From: Acidovorax sacchari
GTDB taxonomy: Bacteria > Pseudomonadota > Gammaproteobacteria > Burkholderiales > Burkholderiaceae_C
Assembly (NCBI RefSeq): GCF_042847045.1
Contig: NZ_AP035783.1
Coordinates: 3,138,937 to 3,162,936, forward strand
Direction of reading: 5' to 3'
Length of the DNA: 24,000 nucleotides
Made by a program: the position numbers and the translations under genes. The notes below the pieces were generated by a model. That model had not been told where the DNA came from, made no database searches, and saw nothing but the letters and a program-made list of their open reading frames with translations. Every line of letters starts with the position of its first letter. The stretch's first letter is position 1. This document shows positions 15,775 to 24,000 of the stretch, piece by piece.

Positions 15775-18610
15775 TCAAAACCGGACACCAGGGAATGCCG
15801 AGGATTGCTCGCCAAGGCTCCAAGGCATACCAGAGTATACGGGTGTTCCGTCTTGGAAGGTCGCGGAACGAACGTCTCTAACAACACCGCGCATGGTCGA
15901 GAAATTAATCGCGCCACCTTGATGCTGAATCTCCGCCAAGCGCGCCAAGGCTTCTGCGCGTTGAGACCCAACCACGCCAAGCTCGTGAATCCCCTCATGA
16001 ATAGCTGTGGATGCAACCTCGGCATTCGATGAGTGCGCAGGCAAATATACCTTGGCCTTCGTCTCAAAGGCATAGCCCTTCATTCCAGTGTCGACTGTGC
16101 CGTTAACTCCTTGCTGGAAATAGCTCTTGGAAAACTCGAGCCTAAATCGATTGGTTTGTGCGGCATGGAGAACCTGCCTGCCAATTTCAGAAGTCGCCAT
16201 GTTGTCCAGCACAGCCTGCTGATCGAACCACGAAACATTTCGGCTGAGGCTTCCATCCCGCGTGACAATGGAGGCCGCAGTGTTTGTATTACCGAATTGC
16301 AGTTGAGGCCTAGTTTTAGCACCAAGGTCAACTGCAGAAGCCTCTGTTTGGACCAAAAAGCTCCGCGTAGCAGGCGTACGCGTAATCCCCATAGGAACAA
16401 CGGCCGCTCCCGCAAAATTTAAGCCGAGCCCGAGGCCCTCCCGCGTCAACCCACGCACATCACCGTTCATCGCGGCAGTGGTCAAGCCGTAGGCACCGGT
16501 GCCCGCGTGGTAAACCATCCCGAGCGGCGAGACATTGAAAACGTTCACTCCGGTGGCTTTGATACCTTCCCAGGTACCTGCATCTCCATTCACCACGCTG
16601 TCGGCATAGGAACTCAACGGGATTATTGGCTTGTAATCCCCTGTAACTGCGCCGTGCAACGCCTTCAAGCCGGTCTGCGCCAAATCGGCGAGCGGTGCGA
16701 CCGTGAGGTCCGCCAACCCCACTATCATCCCTGCCATAACATCACCGACACCGCCAGCGATCGCGCGCAACATCGGGGGAATCTCGATTGTGAAAGGCTC
16801 GAAGATCGGCGTCACGGTTTCGCGAATCACACTATTGCGGTTCAATGCCGCTGTTATTTCTTCATCGCGCAACCGATCAAGATCTTTCATGTCGGCTTTA
16901 GCCTTAGCCAGCATTGCATCAACGGAGGGCCCAGCCCCCTTTTCGGTGATGTATACCGTACGCCCACGCTGCTCGATCGAGACAGGGCCGCGTCCCATCG
17001 TGAATCCATCACCGGCTGCCAGCAGTACGTCATTGCTGCGATCCACCGGCGGCGTCGAGCCATCGCCGACGGCGCCCACGAACTACTGCATCTGCGGGAA
17101 GTTTGGCTCATACGGCTTGCCAAATACGATGTGTTCGCCGGTATCCGGGTCCACATACGGACTGGATCCAGTTCCTTGGCCTCGATAGCTGCCACCATTG
17201 CTTGCTGTCGCCAGAGAGTTCCCCAATGCATTCCCAAACGCATCAGTCGCCACCTGCTGCACGCTGACACGCCCGCCCTTCAGCACCGCCGTGGTCATCC
17301 CTGCAGCAAAGCCCGACACGGTTCCACGCGCCAACCCCGTCGCGAAATCGCTGCCCCAGCTTCCGAACGCGTTGGCTTTGTCCAGAGCGCTGCCTACGGA
17401 AGCTCCCACGCCGGCGCCGATAGCGCCAGCCACCACCCCCTTCCAGTCGAAGCGTGGCTGCAGGCCCAGCACGGTGCCGATGCCTTGGGAGATCGTGCCC
17501 GAGACAGCCTGCTTCATCGCCGCATTGCCGAAGGTGCCCAGGTCGGACAACCAGCTGGGGTTGCCCAATCCCGCGGTCACTCCGCTACTCACGGCTGCGA
17601 GCCCCACGCTTTTCCAATTGAAGCCCTTCTGCGCGCCAATGGCGATGCCAACAGCCTGGCTGGCGACCGATCCCACGGCCCCGGCGACCGCTCCTTCGGC
17701 GATGGTCATGCCTCCAGGCAACATGGCCTGGGCGCCGGCCACGAGCGTCTCGCCCAAGGCTCCGGAAGCCCCGGTGAGCAACCCCGCCGTGTAGATCGTC
17801 GCGACCACTGCGATGACGATCATGATGATCGCCCCGATCCCCCCGCACCCGCCCCCGTTTGCCGGCACCGGCAACACCGGGTCCATGCTCCCCATCGCCT
17901 GGCTCGGGTCGTACGGCTGGAACGTCTCCACGCTGTTCGCATTCAGCGCCAGCTTGGGCACCGTCAGCGTCTGCCCCGCCGTCAGCGCCCCGTCGCCCGA
18001 CACCGCCAGGCTGTTGGCGTCCGCGATGCGCCACCACAGGCTCGCGTCGCCCAGCACGTTGCGCGCGATGTCTTTCAGCGTCTCGCCCCCCACCACCGTG
18101 TAGGCCACCGGGTCCAGGCTCTTGTGGCGCGGGCGGATCTGCGCGGCCTGCAGGCGGAAGTCGGCCGTGTCCACGTACGCCGGGTTGTTGGTCTGGGGCG
18201 TGTTCTCCTCCTGGGTGGGTGCGTCGCCGTAGCGCGCCAGCACTTCGCCGTTCGCGACCAGCTGGCGCTGCACGTGGCCGGGGGTCAGGGCGCTTCCCGT
18301 CACCCCGCCCTGGTAGCCCGAGGCCGGGTTGGCGATGCTGCTGTTGACCTCGGTCTTCTTGTTGAACCCGCCCTGGCTCACGAACACCGCCGTGCCGTTG
18401 GCGTCGTTCACGAACATGCGGTCGTAGCGCGCGTCGTTGCTCGTGGCCTGCGTCGCCTGGTTCGTCAGCGCTGCCGCCAGGCTTCCGTCCGGGGCCTGCG
18501 CCGCGCTGCCCGTCACCTTCGGCTGGCGGATGCCCACCACGAAGCCGTTGGCGTCGCGCTGCGTGATCGTGCCCACCACGTCGCCCTGCCGGGTGATGGA
18601 GAGAAGCTGC
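15775..18610 (-). pseudogene. Orphan toxin cassette 2: 5'-truncated YD/LysM/TM/Gly-zipper module with an HExxH-containing C-terminal domain, split by an in-frame TAG
   Basis: ORFs 17083-18579 and 15775-17079 are in the same frame, separated only by TAG (17083-17085): ...NFPQMQ*FVGAVGDGS.... HEGIH lies at 15985-15999. The 5' end is cut by an IS remnant at about 18611. Confidence 0.75.
17852..18342 (-). repeat. Copy B of a ~491-bp near-identical constant segment, in orphan 2
   Basis: Same as copy C. Identity with the main gene extends further on both sides (about 17795-18440 against 22378-23030). Confidence 0.85.
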
Positions 18611-18757
18611 GGCTGGTTGACGAGGTTCCGCAGGCTCTCAAGGAACTATGAGCGGTTACCAGAGGTGCTTGGCGGACTGCATTTCTGGTCTTCGCAGTGC
18701 TCATGTTGCCCGCCGCCGTGAGCGTACTGGCTACTGCGTGAAGCTCATAACATGCTC
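18611..18757 (+). mobile_element. Remnant of a second IS5-superfamily transposase (C-terminal end only)
   Basis: Translates to GWLTRFRRLSRNYERLPEVLGGLHFWSSQ, matching the conserved C-terminal GWL.R.RRL..DYER.PE motif of DDE_Tnp_1-type (IS5/IS427/IS1031-like) transposases. It abuts the truncated 5' end of orphan 2. Confidence 0.55.
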
Positions 18758-18760
18758 TAA

Positions 18761-19938
18761 GGAAGGTCTGCATAAACCGCCCCACGACATGCTTGGCATT
18801 GTCGTGAAGCCCTGAGACGATACGTCGCATGAAACAGCACAGCTTGGGCCTGGGAATGACGGCGAAGCGAACGCGGCGGCGGGAATTCCTGGATGAGATG
18901 GAGAAGGTCGTACCTTGGGCTGAACTGGTGGCCCTGGTGTCGCCGTACCTGCCCGAAGGCAAGCGGGGGCGTCCTCCGTTCCCGTGCGAGACCATGCTGC
19001 GCATCCATTTCATGCAGCAGTGGTTCGCGCTGAGCGACCCGGCCATGGAAGAAGCGCGGCACGACATGCCGGTGTTCCGCGAGTTCGCAGGGCTCGAGGG
19101 CTGGGATGAGCGGCTGCCCGACGAGAGCACGATCCTGAGGTTCCGACACCTGCTGGAGAAACACAAGCTGGCGGCGCAAATCCTGCAGACCGTCAACGAT
19201 CTGCTCAGCGCCAAGGGCGTGATGCTCAAGAGCGGCACGGTGGTGGACGCCACCTTGATCGCAGCGCCCAGTTCGACCAAGAACAGCAGCGGCGAGCGCG
19301 ACCCGGAGATGAAGCAAAGCCGCAAGGGGCAGCAGTGGTACTTCGGTATGAAGTGCCATATCGGAGTGGACGCCGACTCGGGCCTGGTACACACCGTGCG
19401 CGGCACCAGCGGCGCGGTCAATGATGTGATCGAGGCCAACAGTCTAGTGCGCGCAAGCGACCACGATGTCTATGCCGATGCTGGCTACCAAGGTGCCGGC
19501 CAACGCCCTGATGCCAGGCGCGACGTGAACTGGCACATCGCCATGCGGCCGGGCAAACGTCGCCTGCTGGATCCGGCCAAACCGATCGAAGCCTTGACCC
19601 GGCAACTCGAGCGCGTGAAGGCGGGCATCCGCGCGCGGGTCGAACACCCGTTCCGCGTTCTCAAGCGCCAGTTCGGGCATGCCAAGGTGCGCTACCGAGG
19701 GCTGGCCAAGAACACGGCACAGCTGCACACGCTGTTTGCGTTGGCCAATCTCTGGCTGGTGCGGCGCAAATTGCTGGCTGCCTTGGCATGAGTGCGCCCG
19801 CAGTTCGCCAAGCAGGCCACCTCGGCTGCCAATCCGCAGCCGCGGACGCTTGAACTGGGGTGAAATAGGCCTTTGCCGCGTTGCAGATCGATAGGTTTAG
19901 ACGTCAGCACGCTTATGCGTGTGTTGTGCAGACCTTCC
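18761..19938 (+). mobile_element. Intact IS5-family (IS5 group) insertion sequence, 1178 bp
   Basis: IRL is GGAAGGTCTGCATAAACC (18761-18778); IRR is the reverse complement GGAAGGTCTGCACAACAC (19921-19938). A 4-bp CTAA target duplication sits at 18757-18760 and 19939-19942, fitting the IS5 YTAR target preference. Single transposase ORF. Confidence 0.9.
18829..19791 (+). CDS. IS5-family DDE transposase
   Basis: 320 aa, collinear with E. coli IS5 InsH motifs: ETMLRIHFMQQWF.LSD.AMEE, VDATLIAAPSSTKN, RDPEM.Q..KG.QW.FGMK.HIGVDA.SGL, ADAGYQGA, RARVEHPFR..KRQFG..K.RY.GL.KN. Confidence 0.9.
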   Translation: MKQHSLGLGMTAKRTRRREFLDEMEKVVPWAELVALVSPYLPEGKRGRPPFPCETMLRIHFMQQWFALSDPAMEEARHDMPVFREFAGLEGWDERLPDESTILRFRHLLEKHKLAAQILQTVNDLLSAKGVMLKSGTVVDATLIAAPSSTKNSSGERDPEMKQSRKGQQWYFGMKCHIGVDADSGLVHTVRGTSGAVNDVIEANSLVRASDHDVYADAGYQGAGQRPDARRDVNWHIAMRPGKRRLLDPAKPIEALTRQLERVKAGIRARVEHPFRVLKRQFGHAKVRYRGLAKNTAQLHTLFALANLWLVRRKLLAALA

Positions 19939-20475
19939 CTAAGGTGTGCCACCCTTATTGCGTTTGAGCCAATAGTCAATTGCTTGTTGTTGGTATTTTT
20001 TGAAACTAACAAACATTTGATTAAAATCTTCGAACTCTTCAACCAATTCATTAGTAACCCACAGGACCTTGGGCTGCACCTGTCCGCGCTCCCGAATCAT
20101 TAGCAATAAGTCGGTACTAGAAGAACTCTTTGCAATGGGCAGCATGCTAGAGCGCTGCTTTGCGTAGCTGCCTAGTGCTCCTCTATGCATCATATTTACC
20201 CACTCCTGCGCTTGTCGAAATCGATTGGAGCCGCAGAAATCAGGAGTACCAAACAAATCTATGTCTGCAGAGAAATTATTCCATCCATTTGCATGCAGCA
20301 AGAAATCAACATGTTGACAATCAAACCTTCCCGCAATAGCTCTTTCTGCCGCGTCGATATCGACTGGCATAGCATGAGCTTCGAATGGTAGTGCTTTAAT
20401 GACTCCATTAGACGCAAGCTCCTCTTCTTTGTGCAATCGATCAAAATCCAATAACTCAACTGCCCAATTAATCAT
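19939..20475 (-). CDS. Putative immunity protein, SUKH/SMI1-KNR4-like
   Basis: 178 aa in AT-rich DNA. The start overlaps the toxin stop (TAATG at 20473-20477). SUKH-like pattern: AERAIAGRFDCQHVDFLLHANGW, then LPIAKSSSSTDLLLM and VLWVTNELVEEFEDF. Confidence 0.65.
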   Translation of the reverse strand: MINWAVELLDFDRLHKEEELASNGVIKALPFEAHAMPVDIDAAERAIAGRFDCQHVDFLLHANGWNNFSADIDLFGTPDFCGSNRFRQAQEWVNMMHRGALGSYAKQRSSMLPIAKSSSSTDLLLMIRERGQVQPKVLWVTNELVEEFEDFNQMFVSFKKYQQQAIDYWLKRNKGGTP

Positions 20476-23400
20476 TACATCCCCTTGAGAACAAAACCAC
20501 TTGGCTTAAATCCTATTGGATAACGTCCTGCCTGCCCGCCAAGAGAGCTATTTACGCGCCAGTCTTGATCTATCCAGCGGTAAGCACCTGGCTTACCAGT
20601 CCAAGTTGTATCTGGGCCGTGCCCAACAACACCTTGATATGGCCGCCCTTGCTGTTCCGCCAAAGCCCTCTCAGCAGCGATTGCTCGGTTGGCTTCCATC
20701 CGTAATGCCCCGTTTGTAGAAACCCTTCCCGTTGGCGACAAATAGCCTGCATTCAGGGCTTCATTTGCAACTTGGGTGTACAGATTATAGTCTGCTTTCT
20801 GTGCTGCGGTTGCCCAGAAAGGAACACGTACTTCGACTATGCCGGACATTTTCAATCCGGTTGGCACAAGTCCAGAGCCTAGCGTACCTGCCACACCTGC
20901 ATAATTATAATTAAATGGATTAATTAAGTAAGTGGCGCGATCAATAAAATTAGAAGCCTGAATTAATCCATTAAATGCCGAATCTGGCAACGCATTGACT
21001 GTATAGCGCATCCCTGCCCCAACTCCTTTTGCGCCAATGCCAACACCCCACCCCAAAGCGGCCCCGGCAACTTGTTCGCCCAAGAAGCCACCTTCCATTG
21101 CTCCAGCGGTAGCAAATTCGCCACGCCGGGAATTAACAAACATTTGGCGCACACTATTCTGCATACCATATGCAGCACTCTCTAGTGCCTCCAAAGGGCG
21201 TGTAGTCAAGCCATATAAATACTTTGGAATATTGGGTAAGGTTTCAGCAAAAAATCCCACAAAACCTTTGACCGCACCACCTACATAGTTACTTGAATAT
21301 TCCCATATTTGTGTGAACCCAAGCTCTGGACTTACACCTAAGCCCATCTGCGAAGACAAACGCAATTTGGATATTTCTAGCGAGTAATCAGCATTGACAC
21401 TGTAGTCAGAATTTGATTTATACGAAAATGGATTAGTCCCCACCTTAAGGCCCGACCCGGAAAGCCCTGCCTTGCTATTGAGCTTGAGCGACACTTCCTC
21501 AAGGCTCCAGTCATCACCATACCCGGCCTGCTGCATGCGGTAGGCCATCATTTCGGCGGGGGTGACTGAATCACTGATGGAGGAACCACCCCTAGCTAGT
21601 ATGTGTTCTTTCTGACGAGAGTAGTAAGCGTTGTCGCTCTCCAAATCTGAGCCATTGACGTAATCCCGTTCAGACCATGGTCCTATGCCCTGCAGCTCAT
21701 CGGGCTGCGTGCCGGGCTTGCTCATTACGTCCGCGAGTGAGTGTCCCAACGCATTGCCAAACGCATCTGTGGCTATTTGCTGAACGCTGATTCGCCCGCC
21801 TCTCGCCACAGCAGTGGTGAGTCCTGCAGCAACTCCACTCAACGTCGCTTTGCCAATAGATTCCAATCCGAACGACTGGTCGATCCGCACGCCGTTAGCG
21901 TCCGTCAAGCCAAACGCATTGTTCATGCCCCAGCCCACGCCGGCTCCCGCAGCGCTTGCCGCCACGCTCTTCCAGCTGAAGCTGCTCTGCAGGCCCGTGG
22001 CCACGCCGATGCCTTGCGCGAGCACACTGCTCGCAGCAGCCCGGGCCACCGTCACCCCGAGGGTCGTTCCACCCAGCAGGCTGGTGCCCGCCAGTCCTCC
22101 GGACACCCCTCCGCTCAATGCAGACAGCGCCACGCCCTTCCAGCTGAAGCCATCCTGCGCACCGATCGCATTGCCGACCGCCTGGCTGACGATCGACCCC
22201 ATCGCGCCGCCTGCCACGCCGGCAGCTATTCCTGCACCTATGCCGGCTCCGCCTCCCAAGACACTGGCCCCTGCGGCCATGGTGGCGGCAAACCCTCCAC
22301 CAGTAGTGGTGCCCGCCAATGTTGCTGCGCCCAGGGCATTCGAGCCCAGCGAGCCTGCGGCAGCCAGTGCGCCAGCCGTATAGATCGTCACCACCACGGC
22401 GATGACGATCATGATGATCGCCCCGATCCCCCCGCACCCGCCCCCGTTCGCCGGCACCGGCAACACCGGATCCATGCTCCCCATCGCCTGGCTCGGATCG
22501 TACGGCTGGAACGTCTCCACGCTGTTCGCATTCAGCGCCAGCTTGGGCACCGTCAGCGTCTGCCCTGCCGTCAAGACGCCGTCGCCCGACACCGCCAGGC
22601 TGTTGGCGTCCGCGATGCGCCACCACAGGCTCGCGTCGCCCAGCACGTTGCGCGCGATGTCTTTCAGCGTCTCGCCGCCCACCACCGTGTAGGCCACCGG
22701 GTCCAGGCTCTTGTGGCGCGGGCGGATCTGCGCGGCCTGCAGGCGGAAGTCGGCCGTGTCCACGTACGCCGGGTTGTTGGTCTGGGGCGTGTTCTCCTCC
22801 TGGGTGGGGGCGTCGCCGTAGCGCGCCAGCACCTCGCCGTTGGCGACCAGCTGGCGCTGCACGTGGCCGGGGGTCAGGGCGCTGCCCGTCACCCCGCCCT
22901 GGTAGCCCGAGGCCGGGTTGGCGATGCTGCTCTTGACTTCGCCGATATCGTTGTAGCCGCCCTGGCTCACGAATACCGCCGTGCCGTTCGCGTCGTTCAC
23001 GAACGTGCGGTCGTAGCGCACGTCGTTCAGCTTGGGCCGGTTCAGCTCTGCCATGATCCAGTCCGTTCCCCCCTGCGCTTCCGCCTTGGGCTGGCGGATG
23101 CCGACCACGAAGCCGTTGGCGTCGCGTTGCGTCACCGTCGCTACCTGCGTGCTGCCGCGGTTCGTCACCGCCGCGCTCTGCTGCCAGCTGCCGTTCAAGT
23201 ACGTGTACTGGTAGGTCGTCGTCGTGGCTCCGCCGTCCCCGTCCTGGCGTACGCCTTTCAGGTTGCCTGCGGCGTCGTACCCCAGGCCCGTCACGCCACC
23301 CGCATCGTGGTACGCCACATCCGAGCGCTGCGACACCTCCTGGTTGTCGCCCGTCTTGGAACTGCGCACCACGGTGTGCACGTCCTGCAGCTTGCCCGTG

Positions 23401-24000
23401 GCGTCATACTGGTTGTAGCGGTACTCGTAGCTGCCGCCGTCCTCGCCGATCAACGTGCGGGCTACCACCTGCCGGCCCGCGCCGTCGTACAGGATACGGT
23501 CCATTTGATCGCTCGCGCCATCGCCGCGGTAATAGTCGATGCGGTGCAGATCGTCATAGGTATAGGTATAGGTCTTCTTGAGCTTGCCGTCCGGAGACCC
23601 GGGGTTATTGTCCGTTTTCGGAATGGGTGGCCCGCTGTAGGTCTGGTCCATGATGCGGTTGCCCGCCAGGTCATAGCTGTACCTGTGGGTCTCGATGGCG
23701 CCAGTGACGGAGGACGTCTGCCGGCTCCAGATCTGCCGGTTCATACCGTCGTACAGGAAGTCCGTGGTGTCGGTATGCACCACCTGCCGCTCCTGCAGTC
23801 CGCCCTGGTCCGTGGTCGTGCGGATCGTGTTGATGACGTGCGTCGTCACCTTCTGGCGGTTGCCCCCCAGGTCATAGGTGATGCGCACGTCCGAGCGCCC
23901 GTCGAACACCGCCCGCAGCCGGTGCTGCGCGTCATACACCAGGTGGTTGTCCTGGTACACCACGTCGTCCAGCAGCCCGGAGGTGAGCAGCGTCTTCTGC
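20475..24000 (-). CDS. Large YD-repeat polymorphic toxin, 3' part (N-terminus outside window): YD repeats, LysM, TM helix, Gly-zipper region, variable C-terminal toxin
   Basis: The frame is open to the window edge. Repeated YD motifs (YDAQHRL, YDLGGNR, YDGMNRQ, YDLAGNR, YDDLHRI, YDGAGRQ, YDATGKL, YDAAGNL). LysM (YTVVGGETLKDIARNVLGDASLWWRIADANSL....GQTLTVP). TM helix GGIGAIIMIVIAVVVTIYTAG. GC content drops after the junction motif at 21744-21800. Confidence 0.85.
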   Translation of the reverse strand, partial: QKTLLTSGLLDDVVYQDNHLVYDAQHRLRAVFDGRSDVRITYDLGGNRQKVTTHVINTIRTTTDQGGLQERQVVHTDTTDFLYDGMNRQIWSRQTSSVTGAIETHRYSYDLAGNRIMDQTYSGPPIPKTDNNPGSPDGKLKKTYTYTYDDLHRIDYYRGDGASDQMDRILYDGAGRQVVARTLIGEDGGSYEYRYNQYDATGKLQDVHTVVRSSKTGDNQEVSQRSDVAYHDAGGVTGLGYDAAGNLKGVRQDGDGGATTTTYQYTYLNGSWQQSAAVTNRGSTQVATVTQRDANGFVVGIRQPKAEAQGGTDWIMAELNRPKLNDVRYDRTFVNDANGTAVFVSQGGYNDIGEVKSSIANPASGYQGGVTGSALTPGHVQRQLVANGEVLARYGDAPTQEENTPQTNNPAYVDTADFRLQAAQIRPRHKSLDPVAYTVVGGETLKDIARNVLGDASLWWRIADANSLAVSGDGVLTAGQTLTVPKLALNANSVETFQPYDPSQAMGSMDPVLPVPANGGGCGGIGAIIMIVIAVVVTIYTAGALAAAGSLGSNALGAATLAGTTTGGGFAATMAAGASVLGGGAGIGAGIAAGVAGGAMGSIVSQAVGNAIGAQDGFSWKGVALSALSGGVSGGLAGTSLLGGTTLGVTVARAAASSVLAQGIGVATGLQSSFSWKSVAASAAGAGVGWGMNNAFGLTDANGVRIDQSFGLESIGKATLSGVAAGLTTAVARGGRISVQQIATDAFGNALGHSLADVMSKPGTQPDELQGIGPWSERDYVNGSDLESDNAYYSRQKEHILARGGSSISDSVTPAEMMAYRMQQAGYGDDWSLEEVSLKLNSKAGLSGSGLKVGTNPFSYKSNSDYSVNADYSLEISKLRLSSQMGLGVSPELGFTQIWEYSSNYVGGAVKGFVGFFAETLPNIPKYLYGLTTRPLEALESAAYGMQNSVRQMFVNSRRGEFATAGAMEGGFLGEQVAGAALGWGVGIGAKGVGAGMRYTVNALPDSAFNGLIQASNFIDRATYLINPFNYNYAGVAGTLGSGLVPTGLKMSGIVEVRVPFWATAAQKADYNLYTQVANEALNAGYLSPTGRVSTNGALRMEANRAIAAERALAEQQGRPYQGVVGHGPDTTWTGKPGAYRWIDQDWRVNSSLGGQAGRYPIGFKPSGFVLKGM
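22441..22931 (-). repeat. Copy A of a ~491-bp near-identical constant segment, in the main toxin gene
   Basis: Same as copies B and C. Encodes SSIANPASGYQGGVTGSALTPGHVQRQLVANGE...LysM...DPVLPVPANGG. Confidence 0.85.

Noticed and set aside
14285-22931. Regularly spaced repeats that might suggest a CRISPR-like or tandem array
   Set aside because: The repeats are ~491 bp long, protein-coding (LysM region) and separated by 3-4 kb of genes. They are paralogous gene segments, not a CRISPR array. No short repeat-spacer structure was seen anywhere in the window.
20475-24000. Canonical Rhs core end (PxxxxDPxGL) or CdiA VENN pre-toxin motif in the main toxin and orphans
   Set aside because: I searched the translations of all three copies and found neither motif. 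The protein is therefore called a YD-repeat toxin with a different junction, not a classical Rhs or CdiA.

Overview
High-GC (beta-proteobacterium-like) chromosomal window in two parts. The left ~11.7 kb is ordinary core DNA. It holds the tail of a LysR gene and a low-molecular-weight phosphotyrosine phosphatase gene split by a 260-bp nested-palindrome MITE-like element. It also holds a minus-strand MFP-RND-OMF efflux operon (6943 to 1079) divergent from an OmpR-type response regulator / histidine kinase pair, a tRNA-Gly(CCC), and an MFS transporter divergent from a second LysR regulator. The right ~12.3 kb (about 11740 to the window end, all on the minus strand) is a polymorphic-toxin locus. 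It begins with the 3' 3.5 kb of a large YD-repeat protein with an unusual layout: YD repeats, LysM, one TM helix, a glycine-zipper region, a conserved GGRxSxQQxAxDAFGNALG junction, then a variable C-terminal toxin. That gene is translationally coupled to a SUKH/SMI1-like immunity gene. Two orphan toxin/immunity cassettes follow, and both share a ~491-bp near-identical constant segment with the main gene. Orphan 2 carries an HExxH motif and an in-frame TAG. Orphan 1 ends in a deaminase-like HSE...CPHC domain paired with a YwqK/MORN-like immunity gene, and is broken by a 100-bp MITE and a homopolymer frameshift. An intact IS5-family element and IS debris sit at the cassette junctions. Toxin and immunity modules are visibly AT-richer than the flanks. 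All functional calls come from reading motifs by eye; no database search was possible.
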